A stretch of 46,769 bases of DNA, from IMG/VR virus record IMGVR_UViG_3300013132_000081, positions 1 through 46,769 of that record; one strand, written 5' to 3'. The DNA comes from a virus (taxonomy: Duplodnaviria > Caudoviricetes). Under the pieces are notes generated by a model. The model was given only the letters and a program-made list of their open reading frames with translations, ran no database searches and was not told the origin of the DNA. The translations under genes were made by a program, and so were the position numbers. Positions 1-9,115 of the stretch are shown here, piece after piece. Numbering within the stretch: the first letter of the stretch is position 1; each line of letters begins with the position of its first letter.

Positions 1-9
1 CCCCGGCCA

Positions 10-27
10 CCCCCCCCCCCCCCCCCC
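10..27 (+). repeat. Poly-C tract (18 C)
   Basis: Directly visible homopolymer about 250 bp upstream of the terS candidate. Confidence 0.9.
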
Positions 28-276
28 AGGGCGCCATGCCGGCACCTCGCCCGTCGGTCGTCCGGACGCTCGCGACGGGGGAATGACTGCCGGAAGGTGA
101 GCGCACCGGGAGCGGTCCCGGAGGAGGCGGTTCGACCCCGCCCCTGCCGACCAGCACCGGACCGCCGGCCCTCCCGCCGGTGGTCCGCTGTCGTCTCCAG
201 CCGCGGCGCAACGGCGCGCCACGATCGGTCCGCAGCGCAACACGGCGACGGCAACAAGCGAGCGAAGGGGACGGCC

Positions 277-882
277 ATGGCGGACGACCGCGACGAGACC
301 GAGGACTGGGAGACCGTGGAGCGGCTCTTCCGCGGCGGGGCCAGCTACAGGCAGTGCGAGGCCGAGGTCGGCGGCCGGCTGACCTACTCGAGGATCCGTC
401 GCAGGGCGATCGCCGGGGAGTGGCGGGTCGAGGGCACCGAGCTCCGCGCCACTTCGACCCCGGACCAGCGCCGCGCCCAGACCGAGGCCGCGCGGCAGCA
501 GAGCCGGCTCAAGTGGGCCGAGGAGAAGGACCGCATCGTCTCGGACCTGGTCGCGACGGTCGACGGCCTCGTGGCCCAGGTGTTCGCGCCGGCCGTCCGC
601 AAGGAGGTCAAGGTCGTCGGCCAGGGCGAGGGGGTCAGCGACGTCCAGATCGTCGACGTCGAGCTGCCCCAGCCCACCGCGGCGGACCAGAAGGCGATGG
701 TCACCTCGGCGGCCATCCTGATCGACAAGATCCAGCTGGTGACGGGCGAGGCCACCAGCCGCAACGAGAACGGGCCCATCGACAGGGCCGCGCTCCAGGC
801 GAGGGCCGCCCAGATCCGGGACGAGCTGGCCGAGCGCAGGGCCGCCAGGGACGTCGGCGGCGAAGCGGCCGCCGAGGGCTAG
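277..882 (+). CDS. Putative terminase small subunit
   Basis: ATG at 277 after GAAGGGG; N-terminal HTH-like segment (WETVERLFRGGASYRQCEAEV..YSRIRRRA..GEW), helical middle; lies upstream of terL. Confidence 0.65.
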   Translation: MADDRDETEDWETVERLFRGGASYRQCEAEVGGRLTYSRIRRRAIAGEWRVEGTELRATSTPDQRRAQTEAARQQSRLKWAEEKDRIVSDLVATVDGLVAQVFAPAVRKEVKVVGQGEGVSDVQIVDVELPQPTAADQKAMVTSAAILIDKIQLVTGEATSRNENGPIDRAALQARAAQIRDELAERRAARDVGGEAAAEG

Positions 883-935
883 CCGCGGGCGTACGGTGGC
901 TCCCACGGCCACCACACGCGATCCTGGAGCACGCC

Positions 936-1046
936 ATGCACGACCTCACCGTCTGTCCATGCGGGGTGGAGTGCTGCCCCGAGAACGACCACCGCTTCTG
1001 GCCCCGGCCCGTCGAGCCCCTGCTCTGGGACGGGGACCAGGCGTGA
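936..1046 (+). CDS. Small Cys-rich hypothetical protein (MHDLTVCPCGVECC...)
   Basis: GGAG RBS then ATG at 936; stop overlaps the next GTG start (GTGA). Confidence 0.5.
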   Translation: MHDLTVCPCGVECCPENDHRFWPRPVEPLLWDGDQA

Positions 1047-1324
1047 ACGGCCGCGACAAGCGACGGGCCAGGGCCGAGAGGGCCAGGCAGGCCGAGCGGC
1101 CCGCAGGCCGGCACACGCTGACCCTGTTCCCCGGCGACGGCCTCGACCCGGTGGACCTCACCGCGATGCTGGCCGGCCCCTTCGACCACCGCAGGCCGAT
1201 CCCCGAGGTGGAGCGCCGCATCGAGGCCGAGCTCAGGGCCCGAAGGCAGGCCCGCCTCGAGGAGTCCCTCGCGATGCCGGTGATGCGGCCCGGCCGCAGC
1301 CCGCTCGAGGGACTGTTCCTGTGA
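1043..1324 (+). CDS. Hypothetical protein
   Basis: GTGA coupling at both ends; GC-rich third codon positions. Confidence 0.55.
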   Translation: MNGRDKRRARAERARQAERPAGRHTLTLFPGDGLDPVDLTAMLAGPFDHRRPIPEVERRIEAELRARRQARLEESLAMPVMRPGRSPLEGLFL

Positions 1325-1530
1325 TCGAGATGGACGGCCTCGGCATCCCCGAGGCGCTGACCTCGCCGGCACTGCGCCGGCAGCGGATCCCCACGGTGGT
1401 GTCCCCGGAGGCCGCCGCGCTGGACCAGGCCTACCAGGAGGCCAGGCGGCTCGGCCCCATGCCGGTGCCGCACGTAGACCGCGACCCCGCCGTCGAGGTG
1501 TGGGAGCTCATCATGAAGGGACTGCTGTGA
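1321..1530 (+). CDS. Hypothetical protein
   Basis: GTGA coupling at both ends. Confidence 0.55.
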   Translation: MIEMDGLGIPEALTSPALRRQRIPTVVSPEAAALDQAYQEARRLGPMPVPHVDRDPAVEVWELIMKGLL

Positions 1531-2396
1531 GAGGCGACAACACCAGCTCAGACGCCGGCCGTAGGAGCCGGCTCGACAGGCGCAAGGACCGAAGCCTGCC
1601 GATCAGGTTCCTGGGGATGAACATCAAGGGCACGCCGGCCATGAGCGCCAAGAGGGTGGGCCACGACCTGGCGATCCTGATGCGCATGTGCGACGTCGCC
1701 GCGCTGCAGGAGTTCCGCTGGCCCTGGTACTGGGCCGAGCTGCGCCGGAGGTTCGTGGCCGCGACGCGCAGGGTGGAGGCCGCCGTGATAGCCCCCGGCT
1801 GGCCGACGGCCGACCCGCGCTGGCGGTCCTCGCCGGGCCTGGCCCGCGGGAGGGCCAGGCCGGTGTCCGCGGCGCAGGCCGTCCTCTGGAAGGGGGCCCG
1901 GTTCAGGCGGCTCAGGACCTGGACCAGGCTCATCCACGGCGGCGAGGCCGGCATCAGCGAGGCCCGCTGGCTGCGCGCCGTCCGGCTGAAGGACCGCCGG
2001 TCCAAGATCGCCTGCTGGTTCTGGTCCACCCACTTCGTCGTCGGCGGCGACCAGGCCCACGACGGGCCCAAGCGCCAGGCCATGCTCCGGGAGAACCTCG
2101 CCGCGCTGGACGCCTTCCTGGCCATGTGCCGCCGCAGCGGCCACCCCGCCGTGGGCGAGGCCGACCTGAACATCCGCGACGGCTGGGCCATGAGGGAGCT
2201 GCTCAGGATCCTGGGCAGGCACGGCGCCCACATCGTCGGCAACGACAGGGGCGTCGAGTTCCTGATCGTGATGGACGGCCGCAGGGCCAGGGTCCGGGTG
2301 CTCAGGGACGGCGAGGTGCCGGCCAAGCGCCTGGAGACCGACCACGAGGGCCGCTGGGCCGACGTGGAGCTGGTGGCCGTGAGGAAGGCCGCCTGA
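1527..2396 (+). CDS. Endonuclease/exonuclease/phosphatase (EEP, DNase I-like) family protein
   Basis: Ordered EEP motifs: FLGMNI, AALQEF, STHF, GEADLN, TDHE. Confidence 0.7.
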   Translation: MRGDNTSSDAGRRSRLDRRKDRSLPIRFLGMNIKGTPAMSAKRVGHDLAILMRMCDVAALQEFRWPWYWAELRRRFVAATRRVEAAVIAPGWPTADPRWRSSPGLARGRARPVSAAQAVLWKGARFRRLRTWTRLIHGGEAGISEARWLRAVRLKDRRSKIACWFWSTHFVVGGDQAHDGPKRQAMLRENLAALDAFLAMCRRSGHPAVGEADLNIRDGWAMRELLRILGRHGAHIVGNDRGVEFLIVMDGRRARVRVLRDGEVPAKRLETDHEGRWADVELVAVRKAA

Positions 2397-2398
2397 CC

Positions 2399-2542
2399 GT
2401 GGGCAAGGACCCCATCCGGAGGCCGCGACGTCGTGTGAGGGCGCCGCGGCCCAGGCCCGTCCCGGCGGGGCCGCACGGCTGCGCCGCCTGCGAAGCGCCG
2501 CCGTACGGCTGGCACGCCCGTGGGTGCCGCGCCAGGGAGTAG
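2399..2542 (+). CDS. Small basic protein with CxxC..H..C
   Basis: Fills the gap between the EEP gene and terL; GCAACEAPPYGWHARGC. Confidence 0.35.
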   Translation: MGKDPIRRPRRRVRAPRPRPVPAGPHGCAACEAPPYGWHARGCRARE

Positions 2543-2551
2543 TATCTCCCC

Positions 2552-4036
2552 ATGGACGACCTGTGGCTGCCGAGCGACGAGGAGCTGGCCGAGCTCTCGG
2601 ACGAGGAGCTGCTCGAGGTCATGGAGCTGCTCGACGAGGCCCGCCTCGCCGAGGGCGACGAGGGCTGGGAGCCGCAGCCCAAGCAGGCGCTGGCCACCCA
2701 GCTGGCGACGCAGGCCGTCGAGACCCTGTTCGGGGGCGCGGCCGGAGGCGGCAAGTCGGAGTGGCTCCTGCACCACGCGCTGGACCAGATGCTGGCCCAC
2801 CCCTGGAACCGCGGCGTGATCTTCCGCCGGGTCTACCCGTCGCTGCTCGAGACCCTGATCCCCAGGTCCAAGAGGATCTACCCGGCGAAGGGCGGGGTCT
2901 GGAACGGCCAGAGCCACACGTGGACCTTCCCCAACGGGTCGGTCCTGGTGTTCGGCTCCCTGGAGCACGCCGACTCAATCTTCAAGTACCAGGGCGCGGA
3001 GTACGGCTTCATCGCCTTCGAGGAGGTGACCGAGTTCCTCGAGTCGCAGTACCTCGAGATGCTCGTCCGCCTCCGCCCGCCCGGCCCCGGCATCCGCGCC
3101 CAGGTCTGCTGCACGACCAACCCCGGCGGCCGGGGCCACCGCTGGGTGAAGCGCCGCTGGGTCAAGCCCAAGCCCGTCGACCACGAGGGCAGCCCGGCGC
3201 CCAAGCCGTTCGAGGTGTGGGAGCCGGCCCCGACGGCGGACAACCCCGAGCCGTCGTCCCGCGTCTTCGTGCCGGCCACGCTGAAGGACAACCCCAGGCT
3301 GCTGGCCCGCGACCCCAGCTACGTGAACAAGATCCGGTCGCTGGCCCAGGGCGACAGGGGCAGGGCGCTGGCCCTGGAGCACGGCGACTGGGACGCGATC
3401 GACGCCGTGCAGGGCGCCCTGTGGACGCAGGGGGACCTCAACGGCGGCCGCGTCACCAAGGACTGGGTCAGGGCCAAGGGCGTGCACCAGCGCGTCGTGG
3501 CCATCGACCCCTCCGACGGCAACGAGGACGGCCAGGGCGACGCCTTCGGCGTGTCGGTCTGCGCCAAGGGCCTCGACGGGGTCGGCTACGTGGAGTACTC
3601 GGCCGGCTGGCGGGCCTCGCCCTACCAGATGGCCAAGAACGTGGTCGCCCTCTACCACTCGACCGGCTCGGACGCCATCGTGGTGGAGAAGAACCACGGC
3701 GGCAAGTGGATCAAGACCGTGATCCACCAGGTCGACCCCTACGCGAACGTCGTCGAGGTCTGGGCCTCGGAGGGCAAGGTCACCCGCGCCAGGCCGGTCG
3801 CGGCCCTGTTCGCCAGGCAGGAGGACGACCCGGAGATGCCGTACCGGGCCCGGGTCGTCGGCACCGACATGGAGAACCTCGAGGAGGAGCTGACCACGTT
3901 CACCGGCCAGCCCGGCGAGGCCAGCCCCAACGAGCTCGACGCCCTGGTGTGGGCGCTGAGCTGGCTCCTGCTCGGCCTGCGCGCCGTCGGCAGCGGCGAG
4001 AAGTACAACGACGAGCGGCTGGCCGGCCGCAGGTAG
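2552..4036 (+). CDS. terL: Terminase large subunit
   Basis: Walker A GGAAGGGKS, Walker B FIAFEE, TTNPGG motif, nuclease residues AIDPS and PNELDA. Confidence 0.95.
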   Translation: MDDLWLPSDEELAELSDEELLEVMELLDEARLAEGDEGWEPQPKQALATQLATQAVETLFGGAAGGGKSEWLLHHALDQMLAHPWNRGVIFRRVYPSLLETLIPRSKRIYPAKGGVWNGQSHTWTFPNGSVLVFGSLEHADSIFKYQGAEYGFIAFEEVTEFLESQYLEMLVRLRPPGPGIRAQVCCTTNPGGRGHRWVKRRWVKPKPVDHEGSPAPKPFEVWEPAPTADNPEPSSRVFVPATLKDNPRLLARDPSYVNKIRSLAQGDRGRALALEHGDWDAIDAVQGALWTQGDLNGGRVTKDWVRAKGVHQRVVAIDPSDGNEDGQGDAFGVSVCAKGLDGVGYVEYSAGWRASPYQMAKNVVALYHSTGSDAIVVEKNHGGKWIKTVIHQVDPYANVVEVWASEGKVTRARPVAALFARQEDDPEMPYRARVVGTDMENLEEELTTFTGQPGEASPNELDALVWALSWLLLGLRAVGSGEKYNDERLAGRR

Positions 4037-4156
4037 CGCCGCCGCGGCGTAAGCGATTCCGCCGTTACCGTCCGGTTACCCTGGCCGCGGGGGACTACCA
4101 TTGCCACCGTGCGGGCCGAAGCACGGCCCCTGACTTGGGGAGTGGCCTTGGGATTC

Positions 4157-4378
4157 ATGGACGAGGTTCGCGAGGAGCAGGCCAGCCGGCTCGGCGGCGG
4201 CTCGAGGTGCCTGATGTGCACCACCATCGAGAGCTGGACGGGGCAGGACGCGAGGGACCTCGCCGAGGCCCTCGCCGACAGGACCATCTACGCCAGCACC
4301 ATCATCGCGGCGCTCAAGGCCCGCGGCGTCGAGGCCACCGACAACCAGGTGGGCAACCACCGTCGGAAGCACGTATGA
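4157..4378 (+). CDS. Small protein with CxxC...H...H (possible Zn-binding HTH), coupled to the metallophosphoesterase
   Basis: CLMC...VGNHRRKH; ATGA overlap with the next gene. Confidence 0.7.
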   Translation: MDEVREEQASRLGGGSRCLMCTTIESWTGQDARDLAEALADRTIYASTIIAALKARGVEATDNQVGNHRRKHV

Positions 4379-5607
4379 GCGACGAGGCCAGCAGCGACCC
4401 GGCGACCTTCCGCGAGCAGCTCGCCGAGGCGCGGGCCAAGAACCAGCCCCCGCCCGTGCCGAAGGGCTGGGAGCCGTACGCCGAGGAGTCCGGCCGCGTC
4501 GGCTCGGCCATCGTCCGGCTCCCCAGGCCGGGGGCCACGGAGCGGGACCTCCTGATCGGCGCCGGCTTCGACCCGGACTGCTGGCGGATCTACGGGCCGG
4601 TCAACACCCGGCGCTGGATGCGCTACGACCAGGAGTGGCTGTTCTACTACAAGTTCGACGTCGTCCAGGGCGAGAGCCCCGAGCAGGTCGAGATCCACGT
4701 CAAGGACCTGGTCAGGCACCTGAGGAGGCGCAAGCCGCGCACCGCCCTGGAGCTGGGCCTCAGCGGGGGCGGCGACGCCTGGCTGTACGACGCCAGCGAC
4801 TGGCAGGTCGGCAAGCGCGAGGGCGAGGACGGCTCCGCCCAGACCGTCGACCGCGTGGCCGAGTCCGTCGAGCTGGCCGTCAGGCGGGTCAAGGACCTGC
4901 GCCGCTGCGGCGCGCTCATGCCGCAGGGCGCCTTCGTCGGCCTGGGGGACCTCGGCGAGGGGACCTGCGGGTTCTACCCCAACCAGCCCTTCCTGATCGA
5001 CCTCAACCGGCGCGACCAGAACAGGGTCGTCCGGGAGCTCATCACCTACGCCATCGACGAGCTGTCGCCCCTGTTCGAGGTGTTCGAGGTCGCCACCGTG
5101 GGGGGCAACCACGGCGAGAACCGCGACGACGGCAAGAAGGCCACCGACGACGGGGACAACGACGACGTCGCCCAGTTCGAGGCCGTCAAGGAGGCCTACG
5201 ACCGGGCCGGCAGGGACCCCCACATCCGCTGGCACATCCCCAGGGACGAGCTGAGCATCGCCCTGGAGCTCGGCGGGGTGCTGAACGGGTTCACCCACGG
5301 CCACCTCTTCCGCAAGGGGTCGACGGTCCAGGCGAAGGCCCACGAGTGGTGGAAGGGCCAGGACTTCGGCTTCCAGGCCGTGCGCGGGACCCAGATCCTG
5401 CACTCGGCCCACTTCCACCACCTGAGCTGCGTCTGCTACGGCAGCCGCACCCACTGGCAGACGCCCCCCATGGACCCCGGCTCCAAGTGGTTCAGGGAGA
5501 CCTCCGGCGAGGAGACGCCCGCCGGGGCACTCACGATGAGGATCAGCGCGGAGGAGCCCCTCGGCTTCAGCGACGTGCAGGTCCTGGGAAGGCAGCACCG
5601 GAGATGA
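4375..5607 (+). CDS. Calcineurin-like metallophosphoesterase
   Basis: Motifs SDWQVG, GDLGEG, GNHGE, HGH, AHFHH; true start at ATG 4375 inside the longer 2524..5607 ORF. Confidence 0.88.
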   Translation: MSDEASSDPATFREQLAEARAKNQPPPVPKGWEPYAEESGRVGSAIVRLPRPGATERDLLIGAGFDPDCWRIYGPVNTRRWMRYDQEWLFYYKFDVVQGESPEQVEIHVKDLVRHLRRRKPRTALELGLSGGGDAWLYDASDWQVGKREGEDGSAQTVDRVAESVELAVRRVKDLRRCGALMPQGAFVGLGDLGEGTCGFYPNQPFLIDLNRRDQNRVVRELITYAIDELSPLFEVFEVATVGGNHGENRDDGKKATDDGDNDDVAQFEAVKEAYDRAGRDPHIRWHIPRDELSIALELGGVLNGFTHGHLFRKGSTVQAKAHEWWKGQDFGFQAVRGTQILHSAHFHHLSCVCYGSRTHWQTPPMDPGSKWFRETSGEETPAGALTMRISAEEPLGFSDVQVLGRQHRR

Positions 5608-5768
5608 TGACAGACGAGCAGGTCAAGGCGCTCTGCGACGACGACCTCCAGATCCTGGCCGCGAGGCTGGGGGCGGAGATGGCCGAGCGGATCGCCGCGA
5701 ACACGATCGACCCCGACCGCGGCCCGGCGGTCTCCCCGCCGCCGCCCCTGGGCCCCGCCGCGCCATAG
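5604..5768 (+). CDS. Hypothetical protein
   Basis: ATGA overlap with the previous stop. Confidence 0.5.
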   Translation: MMTDEQVKALCDDDLQILAARLGAEMAERIAANTIDPDRGPAVSPPPPLGPAAP

Positions 5769-5837
5769 GCGGCTGGGACCTCCGCAGCCGTACGATGACG
5801 GCGCACGCACCCCACTAGCGCAACGGAGGGCCCACCC

Positions 5838-7688
5838 GTGGCCGACGACCTCGTCTTCGACGCGTGGACGCCCATGGCGTTCAAGCGCCAGCTCGGATCC
5901 AGGTCGGCCACCTCCGGCGCCGGGGCCGGCTACGACCCCGCCCCGTGGGTCGGGGACGAGCACCGCCGCAGGCTGATGGCCTACGCCATCCTCCGGGCCT
6001 ACCAGGACAACGCGGCCCGCGAGTTCATGCTCAGCCAGGACCGCGCCGACATCGACAACAGGCGCGAGTACGGCGAGGCCGCCCTGATCGTGAACACGGT
6101 CCTGGGCGCCCTGCTGGGCGAGGACCAGACCATCGTCGTCGAGGGCCAGGAGGACGCGGCCGCCGGCGAGTCGACCGACGAGTCCACCGCGGCGGAGGCG
6201 CTGCGGGAGTGGCTCGAGAAGTGGGCCAAGGACGAGCGCCTCGGCCTCAAGATGATCGAGACCGAGCGCCGGGCCATCGGCCTGGGCGACGGCGTCTACA
6301 CGCTGGGCTGGTCCGAGTCGAAGGGCCGGCCCCGCCTCAGGGTCTGGGACCCGGCCTTCTACTACCCGGTGCTGGACGACGGCAACGAGGACGACTACCC
6401 CCGCAAGGTCCACATCGCCTGGGAGCTGCCCCCGGAGGACAGCCCGAAGGGGAAGACCACCATCCGCCGGATCACCTGGGAGATGGGCCCCATCGCGCCG
6501 GCCAACCAGCCCGGCCTGCTGATGGGCCTGTTCCGCGACCCCGAGTACCTCGAGGGCGACAGCGTCGACGAGGACGGCCGCATCACCAGGGTCTACCCCT
6601 GGAGCGACGAGCCGTCCAGCGAGACCTGCTACCTGACCGACGCGACCTGGGTCCTGGACCGCGCCGCCTCCACGATCGACGACCTGACCGAGGCGACGGC
6701 CAGGTACGCCGTCGACGAGGACGGCGAGGTCAACAGGCGCGACCTGGGCATCGACTTCATGCCGGTGGTCCACGTCCCCAACACCGTCTCCCTGATCGAG
6801 CACTACGGCCGGTCGGTGCTGGGCACCGTCCTCCAGATCCTCGACGACCTGGCCAGCGCCGACACCGACCTGGCCGCCAGCTCGGCCATGACCGGCCACC
6901 CCGTCATCGCGCTGCAGGGCGCCAAGGTCGAGCGCGACTCCAAGGGCCGCTCGACCCTGACCTACCGCCCGGGCGAGATCCTCGAGTCCGGCGACGGCAA
7001 GCTCACCGTGCTCGACACGGCGGCCGGCCTGAAGGCGCTGACCGAGTACATCGAGTTCCTGCTCAAGCGCCTGTCGGTCAACAGCCGCGTCGCCGAGTCC
7101 CTGCTGGGCCGGGTCAAGGCCTCGGAGGTGCCGTCCGGCGTCGCCCTGGCCCTGAGCTTCGGGCCGACGGAGCAGCTCGTCAAGGAGATGCGCCTGGTCC
7201 GCGACGAGAAGTACCCGCTCCTGCTCAAGTTCGCCCACCGCCTGGCGCTGGCCGGAGGCGCGGACGACGTGCCGGCCGAGTGGCTGCCGGCGCGGGTCGA
7301 GATGGGCTCCTTCCTCCCGCAGGACCGGGAGGAGGCCGTCGACCTGGTGACCAGGCTCCTGTCCGCGAAGGCGATCAGCCTGGAGACCGCGATCATCCAG
7401 CTCGTCGAGGCCGGCTTCCCCATCGCCGACGCCAAGGCCGAGGCGGAGCGCATCCAGAGCCGCGACTTCGAGGGCGCCTCCGCCCTGCTCGACGCCACCG
7501 GCGACCAGGCCCTGGCCTACGAGTACCTCGGCCTGGAGCCGCCCACCGACGAGGAGCTCGCCGAGCGCGCGGCCGCCCGGATCAAGCTCGCCCAGGAGGC
7601 GATGGGCGCGCAGGTCGGGACCGGCGAGGACGACGAGGACGAGCAGGACGACGACACCGACTTCGGGCCCGACGGCCAGCCCGTCTGA
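5838..7688 (+). CDS. Portal protein
   Basis: 616 aa following terL; GGAGG RBS; GDGVY, HVPN..HYGRS and SGVAL segments typical of portals. Confidence 0.88.
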   Translation: MADDLVFDAWTPMAFKRQLGSRSATSGAGAGYDPAPWVGDEHRRRLMAYAILRAYQDNAAREFMLSQDRADIDNRREYGEAALIVNTVLGALLGEDQTIVVEGQEDAAAGESTDESTAAEALREWLEKWAKDERLGLKMIETERRAIGLGDGVYTLGWSESKGRPRLRVWDPAFYYPVLDDGNEDDYPRKVHIAWELPPEDSPKGKTTIRRITWEMGPIAPANQPGLLMGLFRDPEYLEGDSVDEDGRITRVYPWSDEPSSETCYLTDATWVLDRAASTIDDLTEATARYAVDEDGEVNRRDLGIDFMPVVHVPNTVSLIEHYGRSVLGTVLQILDDLASADTDLAASSAMTGHPVIALQGAKVERDSKGRSTLTYRPGEILESGDGKLTVLDTAAGLKALTEYIEFLLKRLSVNSRVAESLLGRVKASEVPSGVALALSFGPTEQLVKEMRLVRDEKYPLLLKFAHRLALAGGADDVPAEWLPARVEMGSFLPQDREEAVDLVTRLLSAKAISLETAIIQLVEAGFPIADAKAEAERIQSRDFEGASALLDATGDQALAYEYLGLEPPTDEELAERAAARIKLAQEAMGAQVGTGEDDEDEQDDDTDFGPDGQPV

Positions 7689-7901
7689 CCCCCGCGAAGC
7701 CGGCGCCAAGGCGGTGGCCGGTAGTTCCAGGTAGCTCGGGAGGTGATCCACATCTCGGCGGCGCGCTGCAGTGCGTCGACCACAGGTCCGCCGCCGCGCA
7801 AGAATCGTCGACGTCGCAACAAAGCCCACCCGGGGGCCAACCGGGACGGATACGGGGGACCCGCACCCCAAGCACGCGGGAGCCAAGGAGGAGGCACACA
7901 G

Positions 7902-8621
7902 ATGCACAAGCGAGGACTGCCCAGTTGGGGCGTCAGGTACATCGAGACCCCGGAGCCGAAGGCCCCGGAGAGCGGTGACCCCGCACCCGCCGCTGGCGGC
8001 ACCGGCAAGCCCGAGGAGAAGACCTTCACCCAGGCGGAGCTCACGAGCATCGCCGCGCGGGAGAAGAACGAGGGCAAGGCGGCGGCCGAGAGGTCCATCG
8101 CCGAGCAGCTGGGGGTCCCCATCGAGGAGGCCAAGGCCATCGTCAAGGCCGCGAAGGACGCCGACGAGGCGAAGAAGTCCGACGCGGACAAGGATCGAGA
8201 GGCCGCGGCTCGCGAGAAGCAGGAGGCGGAGGCCGAGAGGCAGGCCGCCAAGGTCGAGGTCCACCAGGCCAGGCTCGAGAGGGCCTTCGGCAGGGAGGGC
8301 ATCGAGCTGGAGGACGGCGACGACAAGACGGCGCGCCTGATGCGACTGGTCACGGTCGAGGCGGGCGCTTCGTACGAGGACGTGCTCAAGGACGTCCAGC
8401 AGATCAAGGCCGACTTCCCGGCTCTCTTCGGCGGCGCCGAGGAGACCGACACCAGCAAGACCAAGCGGAAGGCGCCGAGCGGCGACCCCAAGGGGAACCC
8501 GCCCAAGCCGCCCGCCGGCGAGGACAAGTTCGCCGCTGGCAAGGCCAGGGCCCAGAAGCACCGGGCCCGCTTCCAGCAGAGGCAGATCGAGCCGGCACGG
8601 GGCACCGCGCACCAGTCGTGA
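7902..8621 (+). CDS. Capsid scaffolding protein
   Basis: KTFTQAEL motif, charged coiled coil, FPALF near the C-terminus; AGGAGG RBS; precedes capsid genes. Confidence 0.85.
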   Translation: MHKRGLPSWGVRYIETPEPKAPESGDPAPAAGGTGKPEEKTFTQAELTSIAAREKNEGKAAAERSIAEQLGVPIEEAKAIVKAAKDADEAKKSDADKDREAAAREKQEAEAERQAAKVEVHQARLERAFGREGIELEDGDDKTARLMRLVTVEAGASYEDVLKDVQQIKADFPALFGGAEETDTSKTKRKAPSGDPKGNPPKPPAGEDKFAAGKARAQKHRARFQQRQIEPARGTAHQS

Positions 8622-8668
8622 CCGCAGCACCCACCTGACCGACATCCGTCCCGAAAGGACACACCCCG

Positions 8669-9079
8669 ATGGCCATGAACCTCGGCATCAAGAGGGAGAC
8701 CCTCACCCCGAGCGAGAACCAGGAGTGGCTCGGCTCCGCCCACGGCACCCAGGAGATGGACTCCATCACCCTGGACGCGGCCCTGTGCCGCACCGCCTTC
8801 CCGACGGGCGTGATCCCGTCCGGCATCAAGCTCGGCAAGGTCACCGCGACCGGCCTGTACGCCCCCTCGCTCGAGGGCGCCGTCAACGGCACGGAGACCG
8901 TGGCCGGCCACCTCTTCACCACGGTCGACCTGACCGCCGGCGGAGCGATCGCCGTCGCCGACACCGTCGACACCCCCGCCAGCCTCCTGTGGCACGGCGA
9001 GGTCGTCACGGCCAAGATCCCCGCCCTCGCCGTCGGCGCCGTCCGCACCGCCGGTGCGGCCCTCATCAAGTACGTCTGA
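8669..9079 (+). CDS. Head decoration protein
   Basis: 136 aa directly before the major capsid gene; IPSG..LGKVTATGLYAP and AGHLF motifs. Confidence 0.8.
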   Translation: MAMNLGIKRETLTPSENQEWLGSAHGTQEMDSITLDAALCRTAFPTGVIPSGIKLGKVTATGLYAPSLEGAVNGTETVAGHLFTTVDLTAGGAIAVADTVDTPASLLWHGEVVTAKIPALAVGAVRTAGAALIKYV

Positions 9080-9115
9080 GCCTCGCTCAGCTAACCCGAG
9101 AAAGAGAGCACAGAC

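Noticed and set aside
4050-4059. TAAGCGATTC shared with 33792-33801
   Set aside because: Only two 10-bp copies with no extended similarity; may be chance.
2524-5607. 1027-aa ORF as a giant fusion overlapping terL
   Set aside because: The N-terminal part is Arg/Gly/Pro off-frame sequence of terL; only 4375-5607 looks real. The same applies to 18727..25383 (real from 23626) and 38657..42022 (real from 40192).
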